DNA from: Pelagomonas calceolata
Taxonomy: Eukaryota
NCBI GenBank assembly: GCA_918797485.1
Contig: CAKKNE010000005.1
Location: 3,038,001-3,102,000, forward strand
Direction: 5' to 3'
DNA length: 64,000 bases
Made by a program: the position numbers and the translations under genes. This document shows positions 31,816 to 43,049 of this stretch, piece by piece; position 1 is the first letter of the stretch; each line of letters begins with the position of its first letter. The notes under the pieces are model-generated. The model was not told the DNA's origin. It ran no database searches and worked only from the letters and a program-made list of their open reading frames with translations.

Positions 31816-33120
31816 CTAGGGCTTCGCGTACTCCGCCTTGGACTCGAGCTTCTTCACCTCGGCGATCTTGCGCGCCGCCTTCATGAAGTCCTCCTCCAAG
31901 ACATAGTCGCGGTCGGACCGAATCGCGAAGAGGCCCGCCTCCGTGCAGACGTTTCGGAGGTCGGCGCCATTAAACCCGTCGGCCAGTTTGCAGACGGACT
32001 CGTAGTCGATCTCGCCGCGCTTCGTGATGGGTCCCGCGTGGATCTTGAGGATATCTAAGCGCGCGGCTTCGTTCGGCAACGGGATCTCGATCTTCCGGTC
32101 TAGTCTGCCAGGTCTGAGCAAAGCGGGGTCCAGGATGTCCGGGCGATTCGTCGCCATGACCATTTTCACCTGGCCCAACTGCTCAAACCCATCTAATTGA
32201 TTGAGCAATTCCATCAACGTCCGCTGGATCTCTCGATCGGCGGAGGTACCTTCACTAAAACGACTGCCACCGATCGCGTCGACCTCGTCCATGAAGATGA
32301 CGCACGGCTGGTGGTCCTTGGCGAAGCCGAACATCTCCCTCACTACTCTCGCGGACTCGCCGATGTACTTGTCGACGATCGCGGAAGCTACCACCTTCAA
32401 GAAAGTAGCGTTGATGTTCGACGCCAACGCTCGTGCGAGTAGTGTCTTGCCCGTGCCGGGCGGGCCATACAGTAACACACCTTTCGGGGGCTTGATGCCG
32501 ACTCGAACAAATAATTCAGGATTTGTGAGAGGCAATTCAATGACTTCCCGCAATTCTCGGACTTGTTCACCGAGACCACCGATCTCCCCGAAACTTATCC
32601 CACCGGGATCTTCGTTGAGCATGTGGTAGACCGTGGGATCGACCTCGCGAGGTAAAGCGCGCATGATCGTGAGCGTCGTCATGTCCAAGGTAACACGAGT
32701 ACCAGGCTTCAACTTCTCTTTGTCTAATTTATTCCGACAGCCTACCACGTAGCGGGGACCGCTCGACGCCTTGACGATGAAGCGCTCTTCGTCGAGTCTT
32801 CGCAAGACGTCTCCAATAATTTGACCGACGGACTGTAGGGCGTTGAGGGCGTTCTCCGTATCTTCAAATTCTTTGACTAAGTCTTTCGTGGAAGCGCGCG
32901 CCTCCTTGAGCTTGGCTTCGACCTCCTTGTGCTCGGCGATCTTGGCTCTCAACCCGTCGAGGGCTCGTAGTCGCTCCCGCGTGGCCTCGTCGACCTCCTC
33001 CTCCGGAGCAGCGGGCGCCGGGGCCTCGGACGGCGGCGCGTCGGTCATGTCGGCGTCGGCGTCGGGCGGCGCCGGCGTCGACGGCGCCTCGGCGGGCGCG
33101 GGGGCCGCGGCGTCGCTCAT
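31816..33120 (-). CDS. RPT4: 26S proteasome AAA-ATPase subunit RPT4 (PSMC6)
   Basis: [63 protein letters not shown]. Confidence 0.97.
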   Translation of the reverse strand: MSDAAAPAPAEAPSTPAPPDADADMTDAPPSEAPAPAAPEEEVDEATRERLRALDGLRAKIAEHKEVEAKLKEARASTKDLVKEFEDTENALNALQSVGQIIGDVLRRLDEERFIVKASSGPRYVVGCRNKLDKEKLKPGTRVTLDMTTLTIMRALPREVDPTVYHMLNEDPGGISFGEIGGLGEQVRELREVIELPLTNPELFVRVGIKPPKGVLLYGPPGTGKTLLARALASNINATFLKVVASAIVDKYIGESARVVREMFGFAKDHQPCVIFMDEVDAIGGSRFSEGTSADREIQRTLMELLNQLDGFEQLGQVKMVMATNRPDILDPALLRPGRLDRKIEIPLPNEAARLDILKIHAGPITKRGEIDYESVCKLADGFNGADLRNVCTEAGLFAIRSDRDYVLEEDFMKAARKIAEVKKLESKAEYAKP

Positions 33121-33320
33121 TCTGTTGTGGGCGCGGCTGGCACGCGGCGCCGGCGCGCTAGCTCAGCTAGGCTCAGTGGTCGTCTACTCGCTGCGGAGCG
33201 TGGCCGAGCCCGCGCGTTGCTCAGCGCTCGCAGCGCTTGAAACAGATGGACGAGCGACGCTCGTTTGAGGCGCAGCTTGCCCCACAAAGACAAAGGCGCG
33301 GCCCGCGAGCGGCCCGATGA

Positions 33321-33342
33321 TTGCTAGTGTGTTACCGCTAGC
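33321..33342 (-). promoter_or_regulatory. Recurrent upstream motif, copy 6
   Basis: TTGCTAGTGTGTTACCGCTAGC, 200 bp upstream of the RPT4 ATG. Confidence 0.55.
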
Positions 33343-33436
33343 TGCTGAATCGGGGGAGCTGTTTATGCACGTACAGATGGGTCTGTATGCATGGAAGTAC
33401 AAACAAGCGCCTCTTAACCCTACAGAAGCGATGTAT

Positions 33437-35031
33437 TCACGCCTCGGCGACGACGCGGTCCATGACGGCATCCGCGAGCGCGTAGACCTTCTCGAAGTTC
33501 TCGTCCCAGAGATCCGCCGTCGCGACCTTGTCGCCGCCGGCCGGCGCGAGCGCCTTGGCGAGGTCCGCCGCGAGGCGCGTCGACTCCGCGTCACCCGCGT
33601 CACCAGTCTTTGCGTAGACGCGCATGACGTCCCGAGCCATCTTCTGGGCGAGCACGCGGCTGTCCCCCTCGGCAAATTTACAGCAGTTCAGGAAGTCCAG
33701 GTGCTTGAACCCAGAGTCGCCCATGAGCGCGTAGGAGCCGACCTCCTGCTTCAGCTGCCAGCAGGCGTCGATGGAGTCCTCGACGGCGCGGACCTTCGCC
33801 GTGGCGATCGCCAGAGCCAGTCCGGCGTCGGGCACCGCGCCCGTTTTGAGCAACGGCGCGAGACGATCTTCGCACGTCCCCACGAACGCCTCGAGCGCGT
33901 CGGCCCGCTTCGACGCGTCGGCGAACAAAGCTCGGAGCTGCGGGATGTCCGCCAGCACGCGGCCCTTGCGGCCGGCGACGTCGGGAATCGGCTTTTGCTT
34001 AGCGTAGGCTTCAGTGACTTCGAAGACCTGGCGGCGGAAGGCTAGAGCGGCTTGCGCGACGGCGACGCGGCCCGTGTAGAGGCGCTGGCCGATCATCTCG
34101 AAAGGCGCCTGCGGGTGTTACCCTCACGCCATCGAGCAGACGCGTCGATGGCGTGTTCGAAGCGATATAATGCAGCACCGGACCGCGCGATGCCTTCGGT
34201 AGTGCGAGCATAGGTGCCATCGGCAGAGACATCGCAGTGGGCGTCCAGCAGCGCCGAGCGCGGCACGCGCACGTCGTCGAAGGCAATCCAGGCATTGTCC
34301 AGATCGTTACCCGTGGTCTTGACGCCCATGTCTCCGGTGCTGATGCCAGGCGAGGCCATGTCCACGAGGAACGCGTGTGGCCCGACGCGCTCGGAACCGA
34401 CCGTCAAGTCGGCCAGCACGACCGCCTGGTCCGCGACGTGACCCTGCGAGATCCAGTTCTTGAAGGCGCCCTGGTTCGGCGAATTGAGCACGAACTCTCC
34501 GTTATCGTAGGTCGCCGTGGTCTCGACAACTAAGCCTGATTGAACGCCCGCCCGCTTCTCGGTGAGGGCAAAACAGCCAAGCATACCGGCTGCCTCAACA
34601 TTATCCAACGCCGCGATCTGGTCGTCATTCCCTACGGCGAGGACCGTGCCGTAGCACAGGTTGTAGTGCACGGTAAAACGAATCCAAAATCCAGGCCCTT
34701 CCGAGACGGCTCTACGAGCCAGCAATCTATGGGCTTCGAAGAAGCGGTCCGGGCGATCTCTTAGATCCGTGTGGCGTAATAAACCGCTCTTCACGAGCTC
34801 GCGCATGCGCTGAGCCGAAGTTTCGTGACCATCTTCGCCCGAGAACGCGTCCGTCGCGTCTTTGAAGGCGGCCGCCCACTCGGCTTCCTCGTCAATCGCC
34901 GCGGCGGCTGTCGACAGTGTGCGCGGCGATAGCGTCGAGAGAGCCTGGACGCGCAGCGGGAGAGCACGCGTGCAGAGGCGGCTGTGTGCCGGTCGAGCTA
35001 GGCCCCTTACGGCGCGTGCGAGAGTTGCCAT
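33437..35031 (-). CDS. Acyl-CoA dehydrogenase/oxidase family flavoprotein. Exons 35031-34189 and 34108-33437.
   Basis: GCFALTE...G, AFKNWISQG, GNDLDNAWIAFDDVRVPR, CKFAEGD; an 80-nt GC-AG intron joins two ORFs (TEGI|APFEMIGQRLYTGR); Arg/Ala-rich transit-peptide-like N-terminus. Confidence 0.85.
34109..34188 (-). other. Probable GC-AG intron containing the CACGCCATCGA...TCGATGGCGTG palindrome
   Basis: Required to join the two halves in frame; ends CCCGCAG; shares its core with the introner bodies. Confidence 0.7.
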
Positions 35032-35143
35032 TGCTCCGTAGCGTGAGACAGGAGTTACTAAGGGCCAGAAAAACGCGAGATCGCGTCGAATTAGCACAGA
35101 TGCGCTGTTTTTGGCGTGTTCTGATTTTTTTGTCAATAATCAT

Positions 35144-35167
35144 CTAGCGGCATGAAGACACTAGCAA
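35144..35167 (+). promoter_or_regulatory. Recurrent upstream motif, copy 7 (divergent promoter)
   Basis: CTAGCGGCATGAAGACACTAGCAA. Confidence 0.55.
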
Positions 35168-35403
35168 ACCACTCGACACTGGCTGCAAGACGCTGCCCCC
35201 GCGCAAAATAATCGTGTACACTGCCGCACAGATGCGATTCTTCATGGTGCTGCGGCGGGCAGCTTTGAAACCATGAATAGTCCCATAATATTATGATGTA
35301 CCTTGCAATCACATTATAGCTGACACTGCCGCTAATCGCTGCCGAGCCTGAGAAAGACTCAGATGCCCCTCCTTGTAGTAGCCGTCGTGACCCTTGTAGA
35401 GTC

Positions 35404-36567
35404 GTGACCCAAGCCCTCGAAGGCGGGCGGCCGCGCACGCCGCCGAGGGCCGTCGCGCCAGGCTTCGTGAACGACGAGCCGGCCTCTCCGCTGAACGGCA
35501 GCCTCTTCGTCGCCGTCGCGTGCTACGACGAAGACGAATTTCTGGCGGCGTGGGACGAAACGATGCTGCCGGCGTCGCAGGCGCTGGTGCGGGGCGTCGC
35601 GGACCTTCGCTTCTTCACCTCCAACGCGGCCTTTGGCGCGAACCGCACCCGGAGGGCCCGCGAGCTGGCGCCGATCATATACCTCGACGACCCGACGATC
35701 TCGCAGGAGGGCAAGAACCGGACGGCACACCCCTACTTCTGGCGCGATTTCGTGCTGTGGATGTTCCGCTGGAGTCTGAAGAACTCGAACTTCGAGTACC
35801 TCGTGCGCTCGGAGCTCGACGCGCTCCTGTGCGTGGACACCATATATCGCGCGCTGCCCGGGGGCGTCTGGACCCTGGGCCTTGCCAGGAAGTGCGGCTA
35901 CGACGACACGTTCTTGCTGGCGAGCCGCAGGGTCATCGCGTCCCTCGCGCGGAACTGGAAGCCGTTCCTGCGGCGCGTGGCGCTGGTCGAGTCCGGAGGC
36001 GACCCGGAAGATCCGGAACACAAATCCGGCTGGCCGATGCTCGGCCCCCTCCTGCCGCGCCTCATCACTGTCCTGACCGAGCGGGACCCGGCGTTCAAGA
36101 ACAGCACGGTCCACGTGGTGTCCACGGAGTGGCCGCGGCCCACCAAAGCCGACGAAGCGGCCCCCTGGTGGAAGGCCGTGCGGCACCACCCGGGGAAGCG
36201 ACACTGGGACGGACCAGCTCACGACTGGGCGGACGCGCGCAATAGGGAAGACAATGAGCACTACCTCGGGACCAAGGACGCCCCAGACGAGGCCATCTGC
36301 CGCGGGCACTTCTATTTGCACAAGATCAAAGCCGTTGACGGAATCCGGAGCGGATGGGGCCTGGTGGTGGAGGCGCGCCGCGACGAGACGCGGATCGGCT
36401 ACGGGCCGCCGCTCCCGTCGGACCCCCGGCCGGAGGCCCTTCTCCCGAATTTCTGGCCCGCGTTTTGGGAGCGCGCCGAGGAGAAAGAGCTGAGCTGCCC
36501 GCTCCAACATAAGCCGCTGACCCGCCGGCGCCTGGAAGGGCTCTTCCTCGGCCGAGGTGCAAGCTAG
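35404..36567 (+). CDS. Hypothetical protein, possibly GT-A fold (GT31-like); 5' end uncertain
   Basis: Long coding-biased ORF; FEYLVRSELDALLCVD resembles the GT31 FDYLLKxDDD region; ORF begins at GTG. Confidence 0.55.
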   Translation: MTQALEGGRPRTPPRAVAPGFVNDEPASPLNGSLFVAVACYDEDEFLAAWDETMLPASQALVRGVADLRFFTSNAAFGANRTRRARELAPIIYLDDPTISQEGKNRTAHPYFWRDFVLWMFRWSLKNSNFEYLVRSELDALLCVDTIYRALPGGVWTLGLARKCGYDDTFLLASRRVIASLARNWKPFLRRVALVESGGDPEDPEHKSGWPMLGPLLPRLITVLTERDPAFKNSTVHVVSTEWPRPTKADEAAPWWKAVRHHPGKRHWDGPAHDWADARNREDNEHYLGTKDAPDEAICRGHFYLHKIKAVDGIRSGWGLVVEARRDETRIGYGPPLPSDPRPEALLPNFWPAFWERAEEKELSCPLQHKPLTRRRLEGLFLGRGAS

Positions 36568-36585
36568 TTGTCTAACATGTTGTGT

Positions 36586-36707
36586 CACGCGCTCGTCGTG
36601 CAGGGACTAGTCGCCCTAAGAAACATGTGTCGTGAGTAGATAAGAGACAGAACGTTAAACGGCGGCTAGTTGTACGTCAGGTACTTCGGCGTCGAGGAGA
36701 ACTTCTG
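36586..36707. repeat. Duplicated relic of the 38470-38670 junction, including the RPT1 3' end
   Basis: CAGGGACTAGTCGCCCTAAGAAA...GTAGATAAGAGACAGAACGTTAAA...CTAGTTGTACGTCAGGTACTT.GGCGTCGAG..GAACTTCTG ([12 protein letters not shown] on the minus strand). Confidence 0.85.
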
Positions 36708-36923
36708 TATCTGAGAGTTTTTTAGCTATAATCGATGTTACGGTGCTAGGACTAGTGGGCGGAGCCCCTGGGGGGGAGACACCGCGCGTCGCCGATTCAT
36801 CGGCGGCGGGCGCGGGCCGCTTCTTTCATAACAGCGTACCTCCTTCTAAGCAGAACCGCCTCGGCAAACCCCCCCGAACAATGTGCAACGTTCGCCCGTT
36901 CAATCAACTTGTTTAGCTACGCA

Positions 36924-36949
36924 CTAGCGGCGTAAAGACACTAGCAAGC
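36924..36949 (+). promoter_or_regulatory. Recurrent upstream motif, copy 8
   Basis: CTAGCGGCGTAAAGACACTAGCAAGC, about 90 bp upstream of ATG 37037. Confidence 0.55.
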
Positions 36950-37036
36950 ATTTTTCGCATCCGCGTTTTGGGGCAAGGCTAGGCTAGGCATGCGCAAACC
37001 AGCTGCAAGACGCTGCCCCCGCGCAAAATAAATCGT

Positions 37037-38500
37037 ATGCTGGGGCAGCTCTTATGGTATGCATCAGTGGCAGTGGCTGCTGCTGCTGCCCGCAGCCCCG
37101 GGCGCGAACTCTACGAGCAGTTAGAATATGTAAATAGTGGCGGCGGCGAGTGCTTCGTGTCTCAGGAGACCGCGGACCTACCGGCGTGTAGCGCCGTCGT
37201 GTGCTCGGGATTGATGGCGGCGGCGCTGCCCGTCGGGTGGCTGAAGACGCTCGGCGACATATTCGGGGAGGTGCGATGCGTCGCGCGGCCGCCGCGCGGC
37301 AAGAAGTGCGCCTGCAAAGCCGCGGCCGCGACGCGGTCTTTGAAAGACCAGGTCAGCGCGACGTCATACGTTTTCCACGGCGACAGCACGACGCGCAACA
37401 TGCAGGAACCGTTCGCGGACATGGCTATCCTGGCAGCATCTGGCGCGAGAGGAGAAAAATACTGGCTCGACCAAGTCGTGAAGGCGAGCCGGCGCGCCCT
37501 CGCCGCCGCGAGGCTCGGTAACCGCGCGGCGCTCGCGCAAATGTACCCGGGCGACAGCCGGGTGGCGACCCATTTGCGTCAGATGGACACCGGCCGCAAC
37601 AAAGAGTTGGAAGCTCTCGTGAAGGCGGCGAAGGAACGTGTCGTCGAGCGGCCGTGGGAAGACCCGAAGTCGACGTTGTACCACAACGGGCCGAACCCGC
37701 GGCTCTCGATACTCCGTTCGCTCCGGGCGTCGAACGCCTACGACGATGCGACGTACAAAGGGCTCCGCTACGCCCGGATCGATTCCTTCAACCACGAGTC
37801 CGTCCAGGGCTTTCCGGTGTGGGACGGCGAGGAGGACGTGCGGCGGGCCTGGGTCGTCAACTACGGGTTGCACGCGTTCCACGCGTGGCCGAGTCGCGAT
37901 CTGGAGCCGGAGGATGCGAATTACGTCGGGGACCTGATTGACACCTTCCATAAAATACTCCGCGACGCCCTGAAGCGAGGCGTGCTGGAGAGCACCATAT
38001 TGGTCTGGCGACATACGAGCTTCGTCTGTAGGAAGAACGTGCGAGGGCGCTGGAACGCTGCCCTCCTTTCGCTCGAGGCGGAGCCGCGATTGGCCGTCGC
38101 GCCGATCGCGCGCGAGTGCATCGAAGCGCGCCGGGCCAACTTTTCGTCCGTGACGCCGAAGAAATGGGGCGTGCTGGGCGTCGAGGACTTCTGCGTGAAC
38201 GGCACCATGGACGCCTACGGCACGCGCTGGCTCAACGGCGTGGCGTCTCGGGCCGTGACGCGATTGAACGCGTGCTACCTCGCCGGCGAGAGCGAGGACG
38301 GCTTCCCGTGCCCGTCCGACGTGCGCGGCCTCGCCGCGCGGTTCCCGAAATGGCGCCTACCCGGCGTCCGCATCCTGCGCGGCGACGCGATCTCGGAGGC
38401 GTTCTGCGGGGCCGTGGACGGGGACGGCATCCACGCGCCGCAGAGCTGGGTGCTGCTGGCGCGCTGCCTGCACGCGCTCGCCGCGCCGGGCAGGGACTAG
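37037..38500 (+). CDS. Secreted SGNH/PC-esterase-like protein (putative polysaccharide O-acetyl transferase/esterase)
   Basis: Signal peptide; YVFHGDSTTRN, VVNYGLH and C-terminal DGIH. Confidence 0.7.
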   Translation: MLGQLLWYASVAVAAAAARSPGRELYEQLEYVNSGGGECFVSQETADLPACSAVVCSGLMAAALPVGWLKTLGDIFGEVRCVARPPRGKKCACKAAAATRSLKDQVSATSYVFHGDSTTRNMQEPFADMAILAASGARGEKYWLDQVVKASRRALAAARLGNRAALAQMYPGDSRVATHLRQMDTGRNKELEALVKAAKERVVERPWEDPKSTLYHNGPNPRLSILRSLRASNAYDDATYKGLRYARIDSFNHESVQGFPVWDGEEDVRRAWVVNYGLHAFHAWPSRDLEPEDANYVGDLIDTFHKILRDALKRGVLESTILVWRHTSFVCRKNVRGRWNAALLSLEAEPRLAVAPIARECIEARRANFSSVTPKKWGVLGVEDFCVNGTMDAYGTRWLNGVASRAVTRLNACYLAGESEDGFPCPSDVRGLAARFPKWRLPGVRILRGDAISEAFCGAVDGDGIHAPQSWVLLARCLHALAAPGRD

Positions 38501-38624
38501 TCGCCCTAAGAAATATGTAGCGTGATAGATAAGACTCGCCGCGCCCGGCGCGCCGGGCAGGGACTAGTCCGAGTCGCCCTTAGAAACCGTGAGTAGATAA
38601 GAGACAGAACGTTAAAGGCGACGA

Positions 38625-39941
38625 CTAGTTGTACGTCAGGTACTTGGGCGTCGAGCTGAACTTCTGGTAGCCCTTGATGACCTTGTTGACGGCGTCGATC
38701 ATGTCCTTCTCCGTGATGGACTTGCGGCGCCCGCGGATGGCGAACATGCCCGCCTCCGTGCACACGCTCCTTAATTCCGCGCCCGTCGTGTTCGGGCAGA
38801 GCCGCGCGAGCAGCTCGTAGCGGATGTCGCGGTCCGCCGCCATGGTCTTGGCGTGGATCCGTAATATATGAGTCCGGCCCTCTAAATCTGGTAAACCGAA
38901 CTCGACCTTCCGATCTAATCGACCAGGTCGCAATAAAGCTGGGTCCAATGTATCAGGTCTATTGGTCGCCATGAGCACCTTAATATTACCGCGGGGATCG
39001 AAACCATCCAGCTCCGTCACGATCTGCAACATCGTGCGTTGGACCTCGTTGTCGCTCCCGCCATCACCGTCGCCCGACGTTCTACTTCCACCAATGGCAT
39101 CGACCTCGTCGAAGAAAATAATGCAGGCCTTCTTCGACCGCGCCATCGTGAAGAGCTCCCGGACCATCCTCGCGCCTTCGCCGACGTACTTTTGTACGAG
39201 CTCCGAACCAATAACTCTGATAAAACAAGCGTCCGTCCGGTTGGCCACCGCTCGGGCCGACAGCGTCTTGCCCGTGCCCGGCGGGCCGTACAACAACACT
39301 CCCTTCGGGGGATCGATCCCCAGCGTCAAAAACCGCTCCGGATGCAACAGGGGCAATTCTACCACTTCCCTGAGCTTCTCCAGCGAGTCCTTGGCGCCTC
39401 CTACCTCATCGTAAGTAACGTCCGGCTTATCTTCGACGGTCATTAAGCTGACAGTGGGATCGATCTTCGGCGGCAAGGGGATCTGGATGGCGTACTTCGT
39501 GCGGTCGACGCCGACGCGCATGCCCTCTTCGACGTCCGTCGGTGCTACTTTTTCGCCCAAGCCGACGACGAATTTGGCAATTTGTTTGACGTTGATCACG
39601 TACTTGCAGTCCTCGCCCGTGCCCGACTCGTCTATTATTTTGGTGCACCTTGCTACTTGCAAGGGCTGTTCTTCCTGGATGGCCTGCTTGTCGGCCACTA
39701 AGTCCCACTGCGACGGTATACATAAGCCCGTGTCGCTGTCTTTGATACCTATCAACTCCTTGACTTTCTTCTCGTGCTTTTTTATTTCATCTTCGCAGTC
39801 CTTAATCTTCAAAGTATAAGGGCCATTCCCATACGTCTTCAGCAATTCAATATCGCCGGCGTCGAGCTCGGGCGGCGTCTCCTCCTGCTCGTCCGGATCA
39901 TACTCGTTCATGTTCTTCGTTTGACATTCTCCCGCGACCAT
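38625..39941 (-). CDS. RPT1: 26S proteasome AAA-ATPase subunit RPT1 (PSMC2)
   Basis: [51 protein letters not shown]-terminal [12 protein letters not shown]. Confidence 0.97.
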   Translation of the reverse strand: MVAGECQTKNMNEYDPDEQEETPPELDAGDIELLKTYGNGPYTLKIKDCEDEIKKHEKKVKELIGIKDSDTGLCIPSQWDLVADKQAIQEEQPLQVARCTKIIDESGTGEDCKYVINVKQIAKFVVGLGEKVAPTDVEEGMRVGVDRTKYAIQIPLPPKIDPTVSLMTVEDKPDVTYDEVGGAKDSLEKLREVVELPLLHPERFLTLGIDPPKGVLLYGPPGTGKTLSARAVANRTDACFIRVIGSELVQKYVGEGARMVRELFTMARSKKACIIFFDEVDAIGGSRTSGDGDGGSDNEVQRTMLQIVTELDGFDPRGNIKVLMATNRPDTLDPALLRPGRLDRKVEFGLPDLEGRTHILRIHAKTMAADRDIRYELLARLCPNTTGAELRSVCTEAGMFAIRGRRKSITEKDMIDAVNKVIKGYQKFSSTPKYLTYN

Positions 39942-40582
39942 CTTTGCGGCGGCGCGGGCGCGAGCGGGTTACGCGCGGCGCGCGGCCGTGGAGCCCGGTG
40001 GGAGGACCTCCTTAGGCCGTGGCGCTGCGGCGGCGCGCTGGCGTTGCAGCGGCGGCTGCAGGGAGCCTTTTATAGATGCGCGCTGAGCTCTGTGGCTGCG
40101 CGCTGCAGAGAACGCGGACAAAGCGGGGTGACTAACCACTCGCGTAAAACCCGTGATTTACTTTAGCAAATTCTCGCCGAGGCCAGTAACATAGCCAGTA
40201 ACGCCCGTCGACGAGAGGGAGGAATCAGAAGAGGCCGCGGGCGGCGCAGCTTCGACTCCGCAGGCCGCTACGACGACAGGCGTCCGGTCGCGCGGCGTCG
40301 CCGGGGCCCCACAACGAGCCTGCAGACTAGCGTAGCAGCAGCGAAACCCAGACAACACGAAGTACGGGAATGTCTTAGTCAAGGGGAGGAGAGGGGGAGA
40401 GGGACACGTTGTGTACGCGCACGTTACCGGCCGCCGCGCGCGCACGAGAGGGGGGACCGACGACGCCAGCGCTCTTGCTTGGTTGTGAAGGATACCCCGC
40501 GACGCATTTACTTTACCAAGATGACGTAGCGGTGGCAACAACATGACAGATGGAACCCCTTCCGGGGGACGCGGCGCCGCAG

Positions 40583-41380
40583 CTATGATGAGTCCTGTCC
40601 CACAGCTACAGGTTTATTTAACGTCACATTGTTGTCGCTCAGCGATTGTATCTTTGCCTTCTTCGCCCCCCCTGGGTCCTCGGCCGAGAGCGCTCGCTTC
40701 AGGTCCCGCTGCGCGGGGCTCTGCTCCAGGCTGAACGACGCGGACCGCCGCGGCGCCTGGGCCTCGGACCCCGCGTCGGAGGCGGCGTCGTCGTCGAAGT
40801 CGATCTTGGCCACATCAAAAAACGACAGCAGGCTCTCCCTTATGGACGTAAGGTACCCGAGCTCCGTGTCGACCTTGGCGTCGCCCTCGTCCGTGTCCTC
40901 GTTCAGGAACCCGGCCAGGGCTTGGACATCATACCGCAACGCTTCAAAGACGAACTCCTGGTCCTCCGGGACCCACGCGTTCAGCGAGTCGTCGAAGATC
41001 ACCACTTTACTTCTTTTGAGACCTAGCGTCTTCAAACACTTGGCGCCCTTCTCCCGGCTTTCAATCACGTGCACGGGCACATCTTCAAACACGTCGCACC
41101 TTTCACCTAACGCGGTCAGGATCTCGTCGCCCATCAAATTACACGTGACGACCGCAATATCGACACCCTTCTTCCGTAGTGCCTCGAAGAGCGCCGTCGT
41201 GCCCACCCTTACTGAGATCGCATACTCCACATCATTGACTTCGAACGTCACGACGTCCTCGCTGAGCTCCTTGGCCTCGTCGGGCACATGGTTCGCGGCG
41301 AGCATGTGGAGGATCGTGTGGTCCAGGTCGAAGGCGGCGATGGGGCGCTCGCCGCTTGGGGTGGTTGGGGGGTCGCCCAT
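40583..41380 (-). CDS. HAD-superfamily FCP1/SCP-like phosphatase
   Basis: AAFDLDHTILH (DxDxT motif), KCL, VVIFDDSLNAW. Confidence 0.75.
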   Translation of the reverse strand: MGDPPTTPSGERPIAAFDLDHTILHMLAANHVPDEAKELSEDVVTFEVNDVEYAISVRVGTTALFEALRKKGVDIAVVTCNLMGDEILTALGERCDVFEDVPVHVIESREKGAKCLKTLGLKRSKVVIFDDSLNAWVPEDQEFVFEALRYDVQALAGFLNEDTDEGDAKVDTELGYLTSIRESLLSFFDVAKIDFDDDAASDAGSEAQAPRRSASFSLEQSPAQRDLKRALSAEDPGGAKKAKIQSLSDNNVTLNKPVAVGQDSS

Positions 41381-41785
41381 GGCCGCGGGGGGCGAAACAG
41401 TGGGGACTGTACTAATTGCCTTAGAACTATGCGGGCGCCGGCTGGCGGCGGCTGCGCTGCGGCGTGGAGTTAGCTGACTAAAGGGGAGAGGTGCGGCGGC
41501 CGGCGATCGTCGGCTCGCACACTCCGCGCGTTGTTACGGGGCCGCGGCGGCGACGTCTCCTACGCAGCTGAAGTATGGTACCAGGGACGCGATGGTCCTA
41601 ACTTATGTTACCGACCCCCCTACTGGTAATAATAATAAATTTGGAAATTGAGGACGGAGGAGGCAGGGCTCCACATCACGCCGCTTGGAGGCTTGCCCCG
41701 CAAATAATAATAAAAAAATAAATTCAGGATGACCTAAAGTAGGGTACAAACCGCTAGATATTCGTACAGGAATACAACAACAACC

Positions 41786-42679
41786 TCACTTATTCTTCTC
41801 CGCCCTCTCAACCCGGCACCGCACGTGCCGCCGCTGCGTCAACGGCGCCGCAGACCCAAAGTGCTCGTCCGCCGCTCGACGCGCGGCGTCGTACGCGGAC
41901 CGGTCGCCGGCGCGCGGCTCCAAGACGGCGTCGTCGGCCGCCGCGTGGAACAATACGATTGAATCGCGTGGAGCGGATGACCGGACGCGGTGCCTCGCCG
42001 CGCGCACGGCACCGCCCGACACATATTCGACGGCGTCGCCCGCGAGAAGGACACAATGCGAGTCGTCGGCCGAAGCCGCCAGACGCCGCCAGACGCCGTC
42101 GACCTGAACCTCGAGCCCGGCCACGCGCTGGTGCACGAACGTGAAACATTCAAAATCGCTGTGCGCAGAGAGGTCGCCACCCGCTACCGGGTAGCGCAGG
42201 AGTCGCAGCATCGACGGCGTCGCCTCGAGCGCTTCAGCACGCCGGCGGCGCTTCTTCGTCGGCGCCAGGACGCTGCCGAGCGCATCGCGGACAACCTGCC
42301 CCGCGGCGTCGGCGACGTCCAGGTAACTCAAAGCAGCGTCCTGCAGCGCGTCGCCTCGTTCTCCCTCCGGCCAGATCTGGTCGTCGCCCGTCGACACGAC
42401 AGAGAAGTCTTCCACGCCCGAGACTGGGTCCGACTGGTCATAGGTCGGCTCTTCGCCGGCTTTGTAATAGCCGCCGCGTTTCGTCGGCTGGTGCTGGGCG
42501 AGGGCCTTCCAGCCTTCGTCGGCGTCGTGGAACGCGGCGGCGGCATCAAACAGCTTCTTGGTTGCGCGTCGTTCGGCGCTCGACAGCTGCAGGTAGCAGT
42601 AGCCTCTCGTCCGTAGTGCTGCCGCTACGGCTGCCGACGAGCGACAAGGGGACGCGTCGTCGGCGTCCGCTGCAGCCAT
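41786..42679 (-). CDS. 2-oxoglutarate/Fe(II) dioxygenase (IPNS family)
   Basis: LRLLRYP, AHSDFECFT, GLEV, AARHRV, RDSIVLF. Confidence 0.88.
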   Translation of the reverse strand: MAAADADDASPCRSSAAVAAALRTRGYCYLQLSSAERRATKKLFDAAAAFHDADEGWKALAQHQPTKRGGYYKAGEEPTYDQSDPVSGVEDFSVVSTGDDQIWPEGERGDALQDAALSYLDVADAAGQVVRDALGSVLAPTKKRRRRAEALEATPSMLRLLRYPVAGGDLSAHSDFECFTFVHQRVAGLEVQVDGVWRRLAASADDSHCVLLAGDAVEYVSGGAVRAARHRVRSSAPRDSIVLFHAAADDAVLEPRAGDRSAYDAARRAADEHFGSAAPLTQRRHVRCRVERAEKNK

Positions 42680-43049
42680 TTGGAGTCCGTGCCCAATTGA
42701 TGCGGTCGCGCACGAGCCCCGCAATGCGTTTGGGCAGCCTCTCCCCATCTCATGCAGAGCAAAAAAAAACGCGACGGGAGCACGGGGGCTGCGAGGGGTC
42801 TACACTGTCCCGGAGCATTACAGTCGTACGCAACGGGCTGTGGAGAAGACCGGGGCTAGTGCGTTGCCCTCAAGCCCCTAGGAGATGGTCTGGCAGGCGG
42901 TGAGTTGGGCTCCAAGCGCTACACCACCAAGCGCTTAGGTTCAGCAGAACTCCACAAAAGTCCAGTACATACCCCTGACGACAACCTCAGAAATTTTCGT
43001 GGTCGGACATGGCCGCCAGCCGGAGAACAGCAAGCTGCCCCATCGAGTG

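Noticed and set aside
40158..40544. 128-aa ORF or ncRNA between RPT1 and the HAD phosphatase
   Set aside because: No motifs or coding bias; no recognisable tRNA or snRNA structure
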